Program-made: the position numbers and the translations under genes
Part shown: positions 50,269 to 58,560 of the stretch, piece by piece
How the letters are laid out: every line of letters begins with the position of its first letter
How positions within the stretch are numbered: the first letter of the stretch is position 1
Assembly (NCBI GenBank): GCA_964560225.1
Contig: CAZLLD010000006.1
Location: 10,179 to 74,178, forward strand
Length of the DNA stretch: 64,000 bases
Reading direction: 5' to 3'
From: an uncultured Bacteroidales bacterium
GTDB taxonomy: Bacteria; Bacteroidota; Bacteroidia; Bacteroidales; UBA10428
Notes under the pieces: generated by a model
What the model was told of the DNA's origin: nothing
What the model saw: only the letters and a program-made list of their open reading frames with translations
Database searches by the model: none

Positions 50269-51228
50269 TTATTCTATCCACACAACCTGTCTGGCTCCAA
50301 TTGACAAAGGAATCTTTTTTACGTTACTGCCATCGGCATTCATGATATAGATTTCGTCATCACCGTCGAAGATGATCATTGATCCGTCGGGTGACCAGGA
50401 GGGATTTCCGCCGTAATTCACAAGCACTTCCTTGTTACCTTGCAGGTCAACCGTACAAATTCCTTCATCACTCTGGCAAACAATTTTTGTGCCGTCGGGT
50501 GACCACCTGGGATGCATGTTTTCGTATCCGTCAGTGGTAAGCTGGTCCCATCCGGATCCGTCGGTATTCATGATATAGATATCATGCCCGGTTGAATAAA
50601 GATTTCCTCCTGATTCATATATTTCAGCATGTACAAAGACGATTTTGCTTCCATCGGGTGACCAGGAAGGATTTCCTTCGTAAAACAGGTGGTCGGTTAT
50701 ACCCACATCGCCTCCGCTGCCATCAGCTGCAGCCACGTAAATATCGGCGTTCAGCATGTAAGTACCATTGTCCTGGATAGCTGCATCGCAGTATGTCTCA
50801 AATGCAATTTTGGTTCCGTCAGCCGACCAGGTGGGCCAGTCCTCTTCAATATCCTGTTCTGCCGGATCATGTGTGATCGAAATCTTATTGGAGCCGTCGC
50901 TGTTCATTACCTTAACTTCGCTGGGAGCGTTGTAACCCCATGTGTAATAGGCAATTTTTGATCCATCGGGTGACCATGCCGGTTGCACATCTTCCACATT
51001 GTTATCGGTTAAAGCCAGTAAACCGGTTCCGTCGGCATTTACCGTGTAGATATCGGCATCACCGTCGTCGCGTGAAACGAAAACGAATTTGCCTTTGAGT
51101 TGGTCAATCTGCGGACCATCGTCATCTGATCCGCCGTCGGATTTTGAACAACCTGTTGTTGAAAGGCCCAAAAGCACTGCCAGCAACAACATCCCGTAAA
51201 ATTTGTATTCCAGCTTTTTCATAGTCAA
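50269..51228 (-). CDS. PD40/TolB-like beta-propeller lipoprotein
   Basis: Lipobox LSTTGC and five W-SPDG-[ST]-KI repeats (PAWSPDGSKIAY, PTWSADGTKIAF, PSWSPDGSKIVF, PRWSPDGTKIVC, PSWSPDGSMIIF). Confidence 0.8.
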   Translation of the reverse strand: MTMKKLEYKFYGMLLLAVLLGLSTTGCSKSDGGSDDDGPQIDQLKGKFVFVSRDDGDADIYTVNADGTGLLALTDNNVEDVQPAWSPDGSKIAYYTWGYNAPSEVKVMNSDGSNKISITHDPAEQDIEEDWPTWSADGTKIAFETYCDAAIQDNGTYMLNADIYVAAADGSGGDVGITDHLFYEGNPSWSPDGSKIVFVHAEIYESGGNLYSTGHDIYIMNTDGSGWDQLTTDGYENMHPRWSPDGTKIVCQSDEGICTVDLQGNKEVLVNYGGNPSWSPDGSMIIFDGDDEIYIMNADGSNVKKIPLSIGARQVVWIE

Positions 51229-51368
51229 TCAGATTAGTTTTACATCTTTCTCTTCATGCCGGTTGGTTTCAAACGTCAGCATGTTTTGTCAGTCAGGGGT
51301 GGGCTGGTATTCTTTTATACGGATTTCTCCAGACGGGGTTAAATAATACTTGCGCTCTTAATCCTTCA

Positions 51369-52247
51369 TCAGGGTACATTGGTCAAATCAGTACTTTCAA
51401 GGGAAGCAGGAACCAACTCTTTCTTATAAAATACTTTCCAGGTAATGGCTGTGAAAATGATCAGAAATCCGATTGAAAGCAATGAGCCTTCGAATCCGAA
51501 GGGACCTCCGTTAAGCAGGTTGTCCTGGGTGCGGATCTGTTCAATGAGTGAATAGTCATCCTGTCCGCTTACATTGAATCCGAATATGGTACCCTGGAAG
51601 AAGTTCCAGCTGAAATGCAGGCTGACCGGGAACCAGAGATTCTTGGTATAGATGTATGACAAACCGAGGATGATCCCGGATAAGGTGATCACAAAGAATG
51701 TGATCAGGCTGAAATGGGGGTTCAGCAGGTGCATGGCCCCAAAGGCAAGTGAGGATATCAGCAGTGCCACATACTTGTTCATGGAAAGCATCAGGTTTTT
51801 CAGCACGTATCCTCTCATGAAAAGCTCTTCATTAAATGATACCAGGATAAAAAGAACCAAGCTTAGCAAAAGCTCCGATGGCTGAAAATTGATGTTACTA
51901 ACCTTGATTTCTCCCAGCGCAATCAATATCCCAAAACCGATGGTCATGACGAGCAATCCGAACAACAGTCCCAGGGCGATATCCATCCCCCGTTTTTTTA
52001 TGAGAATTCCGATCTCGGCAAAGGGTTCTTTGTCGATGAATTTTCTGAAAAACCAAATAACCAGAACAGTACCGGCAAGAGTAAAGAAGGTGATGATCAC
52101 ATCCTGCCAGAGGGCAAAATTGTAGTTTATGCCAGTGAGGTCCGCTCCGGCAACGATTACGCCAACCATTTGAAAAATCATCATGATCAGTGCGTATGGC
52201 AGAATAATCAGCAGCACCCGGTGCCAGCCTTTGAATTGAGATTTCAT
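51369..52247 (-). CDS. CPBP family intramembrane glutamic endopeptidase
   Basis: EELFMRGY, FGAMH and HFSWN motifs within a polytopic membrane protein. Confidence 0.85.
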   Translation of the reverse strand: MKSQFKGWHRVLLIILPYALIMMIFQMVGVIVAGADLTGINYNFALWQDVIITFFTLAGTVLVIWFFRKFIDKEPFAEIGILIKKRGMDIALGLLFGLLVMTIGFGILIALGEIKVSNINFQPSELLLSLVLFILVSFNEELFMRGYVLKNLMLSMNKYVALLISSLAFGAMHLLNPHFSLITFFVITLSGIILGLSYIYTKNLWFPVSLHFSWNFFQGTIFGFNVSGQDDYSLIEQIRTQDNLLNGGPFGFEGSLLSIGFLIIFTAITWKVFYKKELVPASLESTDLTNVP

Positions 52248-52282
52248 TTGTGAAATAGTGTTTAGGTTGATATTTTTTAAGC

Positions 52283-52387
52283 TATGAGCTGCGAGCTATG
52301 AGCTGTGAGCTATGAGCTACGAGCTATGAGCTATGAGCTGCGAGCTATGAGCTATGAGCTATGAGCTATGAGCCAAAAGCTAATGGC
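52283..52387. repeat. tandem heptamer array T[AG][TC]GAGC x13, plus 2 degenerate units
   Basis: TATGAGC TGCGAGC TATGAGC TGTGAGC TATGAGC TACGAGC TATGAGC TATGAGC TGCGAGC TATGAGC x4, then CAAAAGC TAATGGC. Confidence 0.95.
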
Positions 52388-52455
52388 TAACCCACCTTCG
52401 CTAAACCTGCCTGCCGGCAGTCAGGGCTAGGGCGGGCAAAGCGGCTAACAGCTTC

Positions 52456-53016
52456 TTAATGCTGTTTCTTCTTTTTTACCACCAGCAGGATGAAAACAAG
52501 GAATACAATTACCAGGACAGCAACAATTACCGGGATAACCAGTGAAAGCAGCGAAGTACTAATGGCGGCTGTGTGTTCTCCTGTGGCTACGGCATGATTT
52601 CCCACGCCGGCTGTTAATTTGGTAGAGGCAAGTCGTGTTAAAACACTCCCGGCCTGTATGGTAGCTGCCGTGCCGCCTCCAAAAACAAAGCCGCCGATCC
52701 ATCTGAGAAATTCATTGTCAACCGGCAGCACGGAGGTCAGCATCAGTGTGCCGGCCATAATAGATAGCGGCGTGGTAATGCTGTCCAGCAAATTGTCCAC
52801 AACAGGTACGTAATAGGCAATAATCTCAACAAGGGTGGCGGTTCCAAAGCAGATCATGGCAGGCCAGCCGGCCAGCCAGTGAAAACCTTCGTTTACCGGC
52901 AGGAAACCGGTATGTGCAGCAATGCTGGCTACAAAAAGGGGGACAAATACCCTGAATCCGGCACTGGCGCTTAATCCTATACCAAGTGCTACTGCGGCGA
53001 TTACCTCCTTATCCAT
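52456..53016 (-). CDS. DUF4126-like membrane protein
   Basis: GIGLSASAGFRVFVPLFVASIAA N-terminal motif and 4-5 TM helices. Family assignment is from memory. Confidence 0.65.
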   Translation of the reverse strand: MDKEVIAAVALGIGLSASAGFRVFVPLFVASIAAHTGFLPVNEGFHWLAGWPAMICFGTATLVEIIAYYVPVVDNLLDSITTPLSIMAGTLMLTSVLPVDNEFLRWIGGFVFGGGTAATIQAGSVLTRLASTKLTAGVGNHAVATGEHTAAISTSLLSLVIPVIVAVLVIVFLVFILLVVKKKKQH

Positions 53017-53116
53017 TTAGGGCAATGATTTGTTGCATAAATGTAGGAATAATTCGGAAGCTATCGTATGGCTGAATCAAAATACTCTTTACATGCTATT
53101 GCCCACTGCTGAAACG

Positions 53117-53149
53117 CGTCATTGCGAGGAAGGAGGTAAGACCCAAAGC
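53117..53149. repeat. solo half-arm of the nested-palindrome element
   Basis: CGTCATTGCGAGGAAGGAGG... with no matching CTCGCAATGAC arm nearby. Confidence 0.6.
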
Positions 53150-53467
53150 TGTCAAGCTTAGGATGCATATTGTTGAATTTCTTTCATTTGCATAAGGAGA
53201 CATCAATATCGTAGTGGTTAACGCTGAACATAGCAATATCCCCCGCTGGCGGGGGCAGGGGGTGGACTTGCATGAATTCATATTGTCTTTCGTGTTTACA
53301 TTATATCCTCAAGATTCATTAATATTAAATATTGGTAGCGCTCTATAATCCTCCCCCAGCCCCCTCCAAAGGGGGATAACGCATTTTCAAAACTCATCTT
53401 TTAATTAATGAAGTGAGCGCCTTGTTCTATAGAATAATAGCTTAGCTTGACGGCTACTTTCTTAAAA

Positions 53468-53503
53468 CTGCCACTGCCGCTGCTACTGCCACTGCCACTG
53501 CCT
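53468..53503. repeat. tandem hexamer array CTGCYN x6 (GCAGNN on the minus strand)
   Basis: CTGCCA CTGCCG CTGCTA CTGCCA CTGCCA CTGCCT, ending 3 nt from the TonB-dependent receptor stop codon. Same hexamer type as 27016-27039 and 41751-41780. Confidence 0.85.
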
Positions 53504-53506
53504 GTT

Positions 53507-55849
53507 CTAAAACCTGATTCGCCACAGCATAACCGGAACGATTCCCATTTGGGAGGCTTCTTCAATTTCACCGGTATCGGGATTATACATATCGAAGAAG
53601 CGGTTTTTGTGGTTGGTCAGGTTGGTGATATCCAATGCCCATTCCTGGCTGTATTTGGCACGGTTCATCCGGTATGCGATGCGCAGGTCTACCCTGTAGT
53701 AATCTGACTGGGCATCTTCAAAGGCATGGTCAAAGTCGTATTCGGTGGCTCCTTCTTGTTGTGATTTTTCGAAATCGATCGGGATGGTACGCATGCCGCC
53801 TGCCCAGGTGAATTTCAGATCGATGGCTATTGAATTCTGGTTTTTCAGGTTGAACTCGTAGCCGCCCAGCAGGTTCAGCACGTAATTCCCGTTATAGGCC
53901 GTGTTGCGCAGCTTGCCGTCGCTGGCCTTGTATTTCGAATCGAATATGGACAGGGTGGCCAGATAATAATAGTTTCCGGTCAGGAATCTTTCCAGGGTGA
54001 TCTCCAGGCCCAGGTTTCTTCCGGTACCTTCATTGACCAGGCTGTCCAGGTTCATCCCATAGTAACCTGCATCAGCGTTAATTGTTGATATGGTTGACGG
54101 ATAACTTTTTACGGGCAGGTCATACAATGCCTGGTAATAGGCTTCTGTCTTTAAACGCAGGTTGTCATTGAATAAGTGATTGTATCCGAATACGATGTGG
54201 TGGCTTTTTGAGAAGCCGAGGTTTTTGTTGGGCTTGATATAGGTTCCCTGAAGGGTGTCAATGAGTACTTCCCTGAAATATACATTTCTGGCCTGCATCT
54301 GGCTGTGCAGTCCGTAGCCCAGGCTTACAGACTGAGCTTCACTAAACTGCCAGTTCAGTGAAAAACGGGGCTCAATGGCCAGCTCATTATTGATACTGGT
54401 TTTCTGAAAGTGCAGTCCGGATACCGTGGAAATCCGGTTTGAAAACTTATGTTGCCATTGTCCGTATCCCTGAAAGAGCACCAGGTTGTCTTCCATATCA
54501 AAATGATGAACATAAATTTCTGCATCATCAATATACATGCTGTCGAGGTAATTCATGCTGATGGCTTCTGCTGTTACACCGATAATCAAATTATCACGTG
54601 CATTCAGTTTGCTCCGGAATTCCTCCGATACCATGAGCCGCGACTCGGCAAAATCATCGCCATAGGAATCCTCGAGGATGTCGTTTTTATAGGTGTCGCT
54701 TAATGTGCTGCTTCCATGGAAGGTTCCGGCCACGGTTGTTTTGAACCTGGAGTCCTCTCCTGAGCGGATGATGTGGGTCAGCCCGAGTACGCCTACCCTG
54801 GAAACAAAATCAGTATTGTATCGCCTGTTATACTCATTTTCATCATCAAAGGCAATGTTGTTTTTACCACCCATGCCAAATAGTGTGAATCTTCCCAATT
54901 GGGTTCCCGGAAGGTCGATCTTCAGCGCCAGGTCCTGGTAATAGGGTATGGCGCCCACACCTATGTCAATTCCCAGGGCGTCCATCACGCCCATGGTGGA
55001 ATACCGGTAGTTAACCAGATAGGAGGCATCCGATTTCTTTGAAAAAGGTCCTTCGGCACCCAGTTCGAAACCATTAAATCCAACCTGGCCCAGGAATTCA
55101 TGCTTTTCATTGTTGCCGGTTCTCAGACCCAGGTCAAAAACACCTGAAACGGCGTTCCCGTATTGTGCCGGAAAAGCACCACTGAAAAAGTCGGAGTTGT
55201 TCAACACGTTGTTGTTCAGCATGCTTACCGGGCCGCTGGTGGATCCCATATCGCCGAAGTGGTTGGGATTGGGAATGGGCACGCCCTCGAGTTTCCAAAG
55301 CAATCCTGCCGGGGAATTTCCCCTGATGATGATGGCATTGACCTGGTCGGAGCCGACCATCACACCGGCAAAATTTTGGGTCATTCTGGCCGGATCGCCC
55401 CAGCTTCCTGCGTATCTTTCAGTTTGTTCAACCGAAAACGAGCGGGCACTCACCATGGCCATGTCGTTCAGCGGCCGGTCTTTACGACCGTTGGCTTTGA
55501 TCACTACTTCGTTTGTTTCAATGATGTTTTCCTCAAGGGCGATCTTCAGCACCATTTCTTTGCCCGACATCAGGTCGAGTGCCGGAAGGGTAACGGTCTT
55601 AAAACCAATAAAACTGATTTGAAGCGTATGCCTGCCAACAGGGATTTTCTCAAGCCGGAATTCTCCCTTTTCGTTGCTGGTGGTTCCTGTCAAAGGGTTT
55701 GAATTCAGGATAACTACAGAGGCGCCCACTACGGGTAATTCGGTGTTCATCTCGAGCACGGTCCCCCTGATGGTTTGGGTAATGGTCTGAGATACAATCG
55801 ATGGGCAGATGCATAACAGCAATCCAACGGCAAGCAAAAAGGATTTCAT
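53507..55849 (-). CDS. TonB-dependent receptor with N-terminal carboxypeptidase-regulatory-like domain
   Basis: Signal peptide at ATG 55849 (MKSFLLAVGLLLCI), CarbopepD_reg-like IRGTVLE...VVGASVV, a plug domain, a beta-barrel and a terminal aromatic residue (RIRF). Confidence 0.85.
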   Translation of the reverse strand: MKSFLLAVGLLLCICPSIVSQTITQTIRGTVLEMNTELPVVGASVVILNSNPLTGTTSNEKGEFRLEKIPVGRHTLQISFIGFKTVTLPALDLMSGKEMVLKIALEENIIETNEVVIKANGRKDRPLNDMAMVSARSFSVEQTERYAGSWGDPARMTQNFAGVMVGSDQVNAIIIRGNSPAGLLWKLEGVPIPNPNHFGDMGSTSGPVSMLNNNVLNNSDFFSGAFPAQYGNAVSGVFDLGLRTGNNEKHEFLGQVGFNGFELGAEGPFSKKSDASYLVNYRYSTMGVMDALGIDIGVGAIPYYQDLALKIDLPGTQLGRFTLFGMGGKNNIAFDDENEYNRRYNTDFVSRVGVLGLTHIIRSGEDSRFKTTVAGTFHGSSTLSDTYKNDILEDSYGDDFAESRLMVSEEFRSKLNARDNLIIGVTAEAISMNYLDSMYIDDAEIYVHHFDMEDNLVLFQGYGQWQHKFSNRISTVSGLHFQKTSINNELAIEPRFSLNWQFSEAQSVSLGYGLHSQMQARNVYFREVLIDTLQGTYIKPNKNLGFSKSHHIVFGYNHLFNDNLRLKTEAYYQALYDLPVKSYPSTISTINADAGYYGMNLDSLVNEGTGRNLGLEITLERFLTGNYYYLATLSIFDSKYKASDGKLRNTAYNGNYVLNLLGGYEFNLKNQNSIAIDLKFTWAGGMRTIPIDFEKSQQEGATEYDFDHAFEDAQSDYYRVDLRIAYRMNRAKYSQEWALDITNLTNHKNRFFDMYNPDTGEIEEASQMGIVPVMLWRIRF

Positions 55850-55921
55850 AGTTTGGGTTTTACTTGTATATGACAAATTAATTGTAACAGGGTTGCATTG
55901 GGGATACATTAATAAAATATT

Positions 55922-56135
55922 CACTGTTGTCCGGTTACAATTTATATCGTCCCATACGGGACTTGACTTTAAATATTAATCCTTTATCTACCAATATGAT
56001 GTCCCTACGGGACGGTTCCGTTAGGAACCAAATATGGGTAGAAAAGAAAAGTCACCTCTCAACTCACAAAGTCCCGTAGGGACGCAATAAATATTGGACA
56101 TATAAAATTCGAGAAATTTTACCCGGACAACAATG
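55922..56135. mobile_element. MITE-like non-autonomous element (214 bp)
   Basis: 13-bp terminal inverted repeats CACTGTTGTCCGG / CCGGACAACAATG (12/13 match), flanked by a perfect 9-bp direct repeat TAAAATATT (55913-55921 and 56136-56144). The interior carries three GTCCC-N3-GGGAC hairpins. Confidence 0.6.
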
Positions 56136-56173
56136 TAAAATATTGTAAAAAATGAACTCCCCAGGCAATGCGG

Positions 56174-56890
56174 TTAGTGGTTAATGAGGTTCCTGATCGC
56201 CACCGACGCGCAGAAGCATCCGAAAACAGGTGGCATGTAAGAAATGGTGCCCACCACCGATCTTTTGTTCTCCTCCCCGGTAACCTCACGAATGGCCTTT
56301 TTACTCACGGGCTCAGGAGAGTATACAGCGGTGATGCCTTTGTACACGCCCTGGCGGTGAAGGTATTTTCTCACAATATAGGCGAATTTACAGTGGTTTG
56401 TTTCGGAAATATCAACTATTTCAATTCTTTCGGGATGCAACTTTCCCCCTGAGCCCATGGAACTTACCACGGGATAACCTTTTTTTACCGTTTCAGCAAG
56501 GAGGGTTACTTTAGGAGTGAGCGTGTCGATGGCATCCACCACGAAGTCATATTTTTCATCCAATATGGCAGCAAACCGGTGTTCTTTCAGGTATTCTCCG
56601 ATGATGTTCAGCCTGATCGCGGGATTGATGTCCTTCAGCCTTTCCGCGAACAAGGATGCCTTAGATTTCCCCAGGGTGCTGTTGAGTGCAATGAGTTGCC
56701 GGTTCAGATTGGTAACGCTGACATCGTCTCCGTCAATTAAGGTGAGTTCTCCGATACCGGCCCGGCAAAGCTGCTCTGCGGCATATCCTCCCACACCGCC
56801 AAGACCGGCCACCAGCACGTGGGCAGCGGCCAGTTTTTCAATATTTTCTTTGCCGATCAGCAGTTCAGAGCGACTCAGCCAATGTTCCAT
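56174..56890 (-). CDS. tcdA: tRNA threonylcarbamoyladenosine dehydratase (ThiF/TcdA family)
   Basis: GLGGVGGYAAEQLCRAGIGELTLIDGDDVSVTNLNRQ nucleotide-binding motif. 238 aa. Confidence 0.85.
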   Translation of the reverse strand: MEHWLSRSELLIGKENIEKLAAAHVLVAGLGGVGGYAAEQLCRAGIGELTLIDGDDVSVTNLNRQLIALNSTLGKSKASLFAERLKDINPAIRLNIIGEYLKEHRFAAILDEKYDFVVDAIDTLTPKVTLLAETVKKGYPVVSSMGSGGKLHPERIEIVDISETNHCKFAYIVRKYLHRQGVYKGITAVYSPEPVSKKAIREVTGEENKRSVVGTISYMPPVFGCFCASVAIRNLINH

Positions 56891-57554
56891 AATTTAATCC
56901 TTGAAAGCAACGGGCGAAATTATCAATTACTTTTTTTTTCAGGTCAATGACCTGCATATTTCTTAGTTTGGCTGCCTGGTCATAAACCTGCCTGATGCTG
57001 TAACCGGCGTCATCGGTTTCAAAAAAAACAGCTTCCGGGGGTATTGTTTTAAAAACCCGCCAGGCTTTGCTCTTGTCGTTGAACAGCATGTGTCCGAATG
57101 ACAGGTAGCAGTTTTTTCGCGTGAGTTCACGGGCAGTTTGTTCGTCGGCATTGAACCAGTGAAAAATCCAGGGTATGTGCCGGTCTGATTTTTTTCGCAG
57201 GGCCAGCATTTCGCTGTATGAGCGTACGCAATGAATCACAACCGGTTTCCGGAAATTTTCGGCAACCGAAAGGTGAGCAAGGAATACTTTTTCCTGAACA
57301 GGTAAAGGGCAGGCAATGGTCTTGTCAAGTCCGGTTTCGCCTATGGCCGCAATATGCGTATTGGTTGACGCTGACTGTCGGATCATTTCCGTCATTTCTT
57401 CCCAGCGGTTTTCGTTGATGTGCCAGGGATGAAGTCCCATGGAAAGCAGTACAGGAAGGCTTGTTTTATCGGTTTCTTCAGGAAAGGTATTCAGCAACAG
57501 GGTAACCTGAGGGTCCTGATAATAAGAGTGGGTATGTATGTCGATGAAGTTCAT
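56865..57554 (-). CDS. TatD-related metal-dependent hydrolase
   Basis: FIDIHTH, GETGLD, VIHCVR and ETDD motifs. Overlaps both neighbouring genes. Confidence 0.7.
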   Translation of the reverse strand: MNFIDIHTHSYYQDPQVTLLLNTFPEETDKTSLPVLLSMGLHPWHINENRWEEMTEMIRQSASTNTHIAAIGETGLDKTIACPLPVQEKVFLAHLSVAENFRKPVVIHCVRSYSEMLALRKKSDRHIPWIFHWFNADEQTARELTRKNCYLSFGHMLFNDKSKAWRVFKTIPPEAVFFETDDAGYSIRQVYDQAAKLRNMQVIDLKKKVIDNFARCFQGLNYGTLAESL

Positions 57555-58153
57555 TCAGACCCCATTTTTTTCAATACTTCCTGTTCAATAATCACCGGGA
57601 AATGTTCATATTCGAGCTGATGCACTTTAGAGGCAAGTGTTTCAGCCGTATCAGAAGGATCAACCGGGCAGGTAGCCTGAAAGAGGGTATCGCCCCGGTC
57701 ATATTCCCTGTTTACAAGGTGGATTGTAATTCCTGAGACCTTTTCATGGTGATCGATGACGGCCTGGTGAACCCGGTTGCCGTACATGCCCTTACCTCCG
57801 TATTTGGGCAGGAGAGCCGGATGGATGTTGACGATCTTATTGGGGAAGCGGTCAATCAGGTATTCAGGAACCAGCCATAGAAAACCGGCAAGCACAATGA
57901 AATTGACCTGGTTTTGGCTCAGGAAATCAAGAACTTTTTCCGACTGATAGAATTCTTCCCGGGTAAAAACGAGCACGGGTACCTTATATTTACGGGCGCG
58001 TTCAATAACATAAGCATCTGACCGGTTGGTACAGATACAGGTCACTTCAATCGAGGGATGATATTGAAAGTGCCTGATTATATTTTCAGCGTTGGAGCCT
58101 GATCCAGAGGCAAATACGGCTAGTTTATACATGGTTTGATGATGAATTGTCAA
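57551..58153 (-). CDS. purN: phosphoribosylglycinamide formyltransferase
   Basis: FASGSGSNAE, NIHPALLP and SGITIH motifs. Confidence 0.9.
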   Translation of the reverse strand: MTIHHQTMYKLAVFASGSGSNAENIIRHFQYHPSIEVTCICTNRSDAYVIERARKYKVPVLVFTREEFYQSEKVLDFLSQNQVNFIVLAGFLWLVPEYLIDRFPNKIVNIHPALLPKYGGKGMYGNRVHQAVIDHHEKVSGITIHLVNREYDRGDTLFQATCPVDPSDTAETLASKVHQLEYEHFPVIIEQEVLKKMGSE

Positions 58154-58293
58154 TCAATGCAAATTAACTGAGATTTAGCAAATTAAAAGCCTGATTTCAA
58201 AGAAAACTGAAAATTTGTTTGTTTTTTCATTTTGAATGCATTTTCTTTGCACAACATTTTTTTTAATCAAAGTAATAATTAAAATTAGGTATT

Positions 58294-58533
58294 ATGTCAG
58301 ACATTGCATCTAGAGTAAAAGCTATTATTGTTGACAAATTAGGTGTTGATGAAAGCGAAGTAACCCCCGAAGCTAGTTTTACCAACGATTTGGGTGCTGA
58401 TTCACTGGATACCGTTGAGTTAATCATGGAATTTGAAAAGGAATTCAACATTGGAATTCCCGATGATGCTGCTGAGAACATTGCCACAGTTGGTGATGCA
58501 ATCAAGTACATTGATGAGAATGTAAAGAAGTAA
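58294..58533 (+). CDS. acpP: acyl carrier protein
   Basis: [11 protein letters not shown] phosphopantetheine attachment site. 79 aa. Confidence 0.95.
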   Translation: MSDIASRVKAIIVDKLGVDESEVTPEASFTNDLGADSLDTVELIMEFEKEFNIGIPDDAAENIATVGDAIKYIDENVKK

Positions 58534-58560
58534 ATTGTTTTTTTACCAACACTGTCATTT

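Noticed and set aside
52283-52387. Possibility that the tandem arrays (also 5470, 26961, 41702, 41961, 53468) are CRISPR arrays
   Set aside because: The periods are 6-8 bp with no spacers, repeats are not 24-48 bp long, and no cas genes are present. They are micro/minisatellite-type arrays.
55110-55702. 170- and 179-aa ORFs antisense to the TonB-dependent receptor
   Set aside because: They are shadow ORFs with no motifs, and they overlap each other in different frames.
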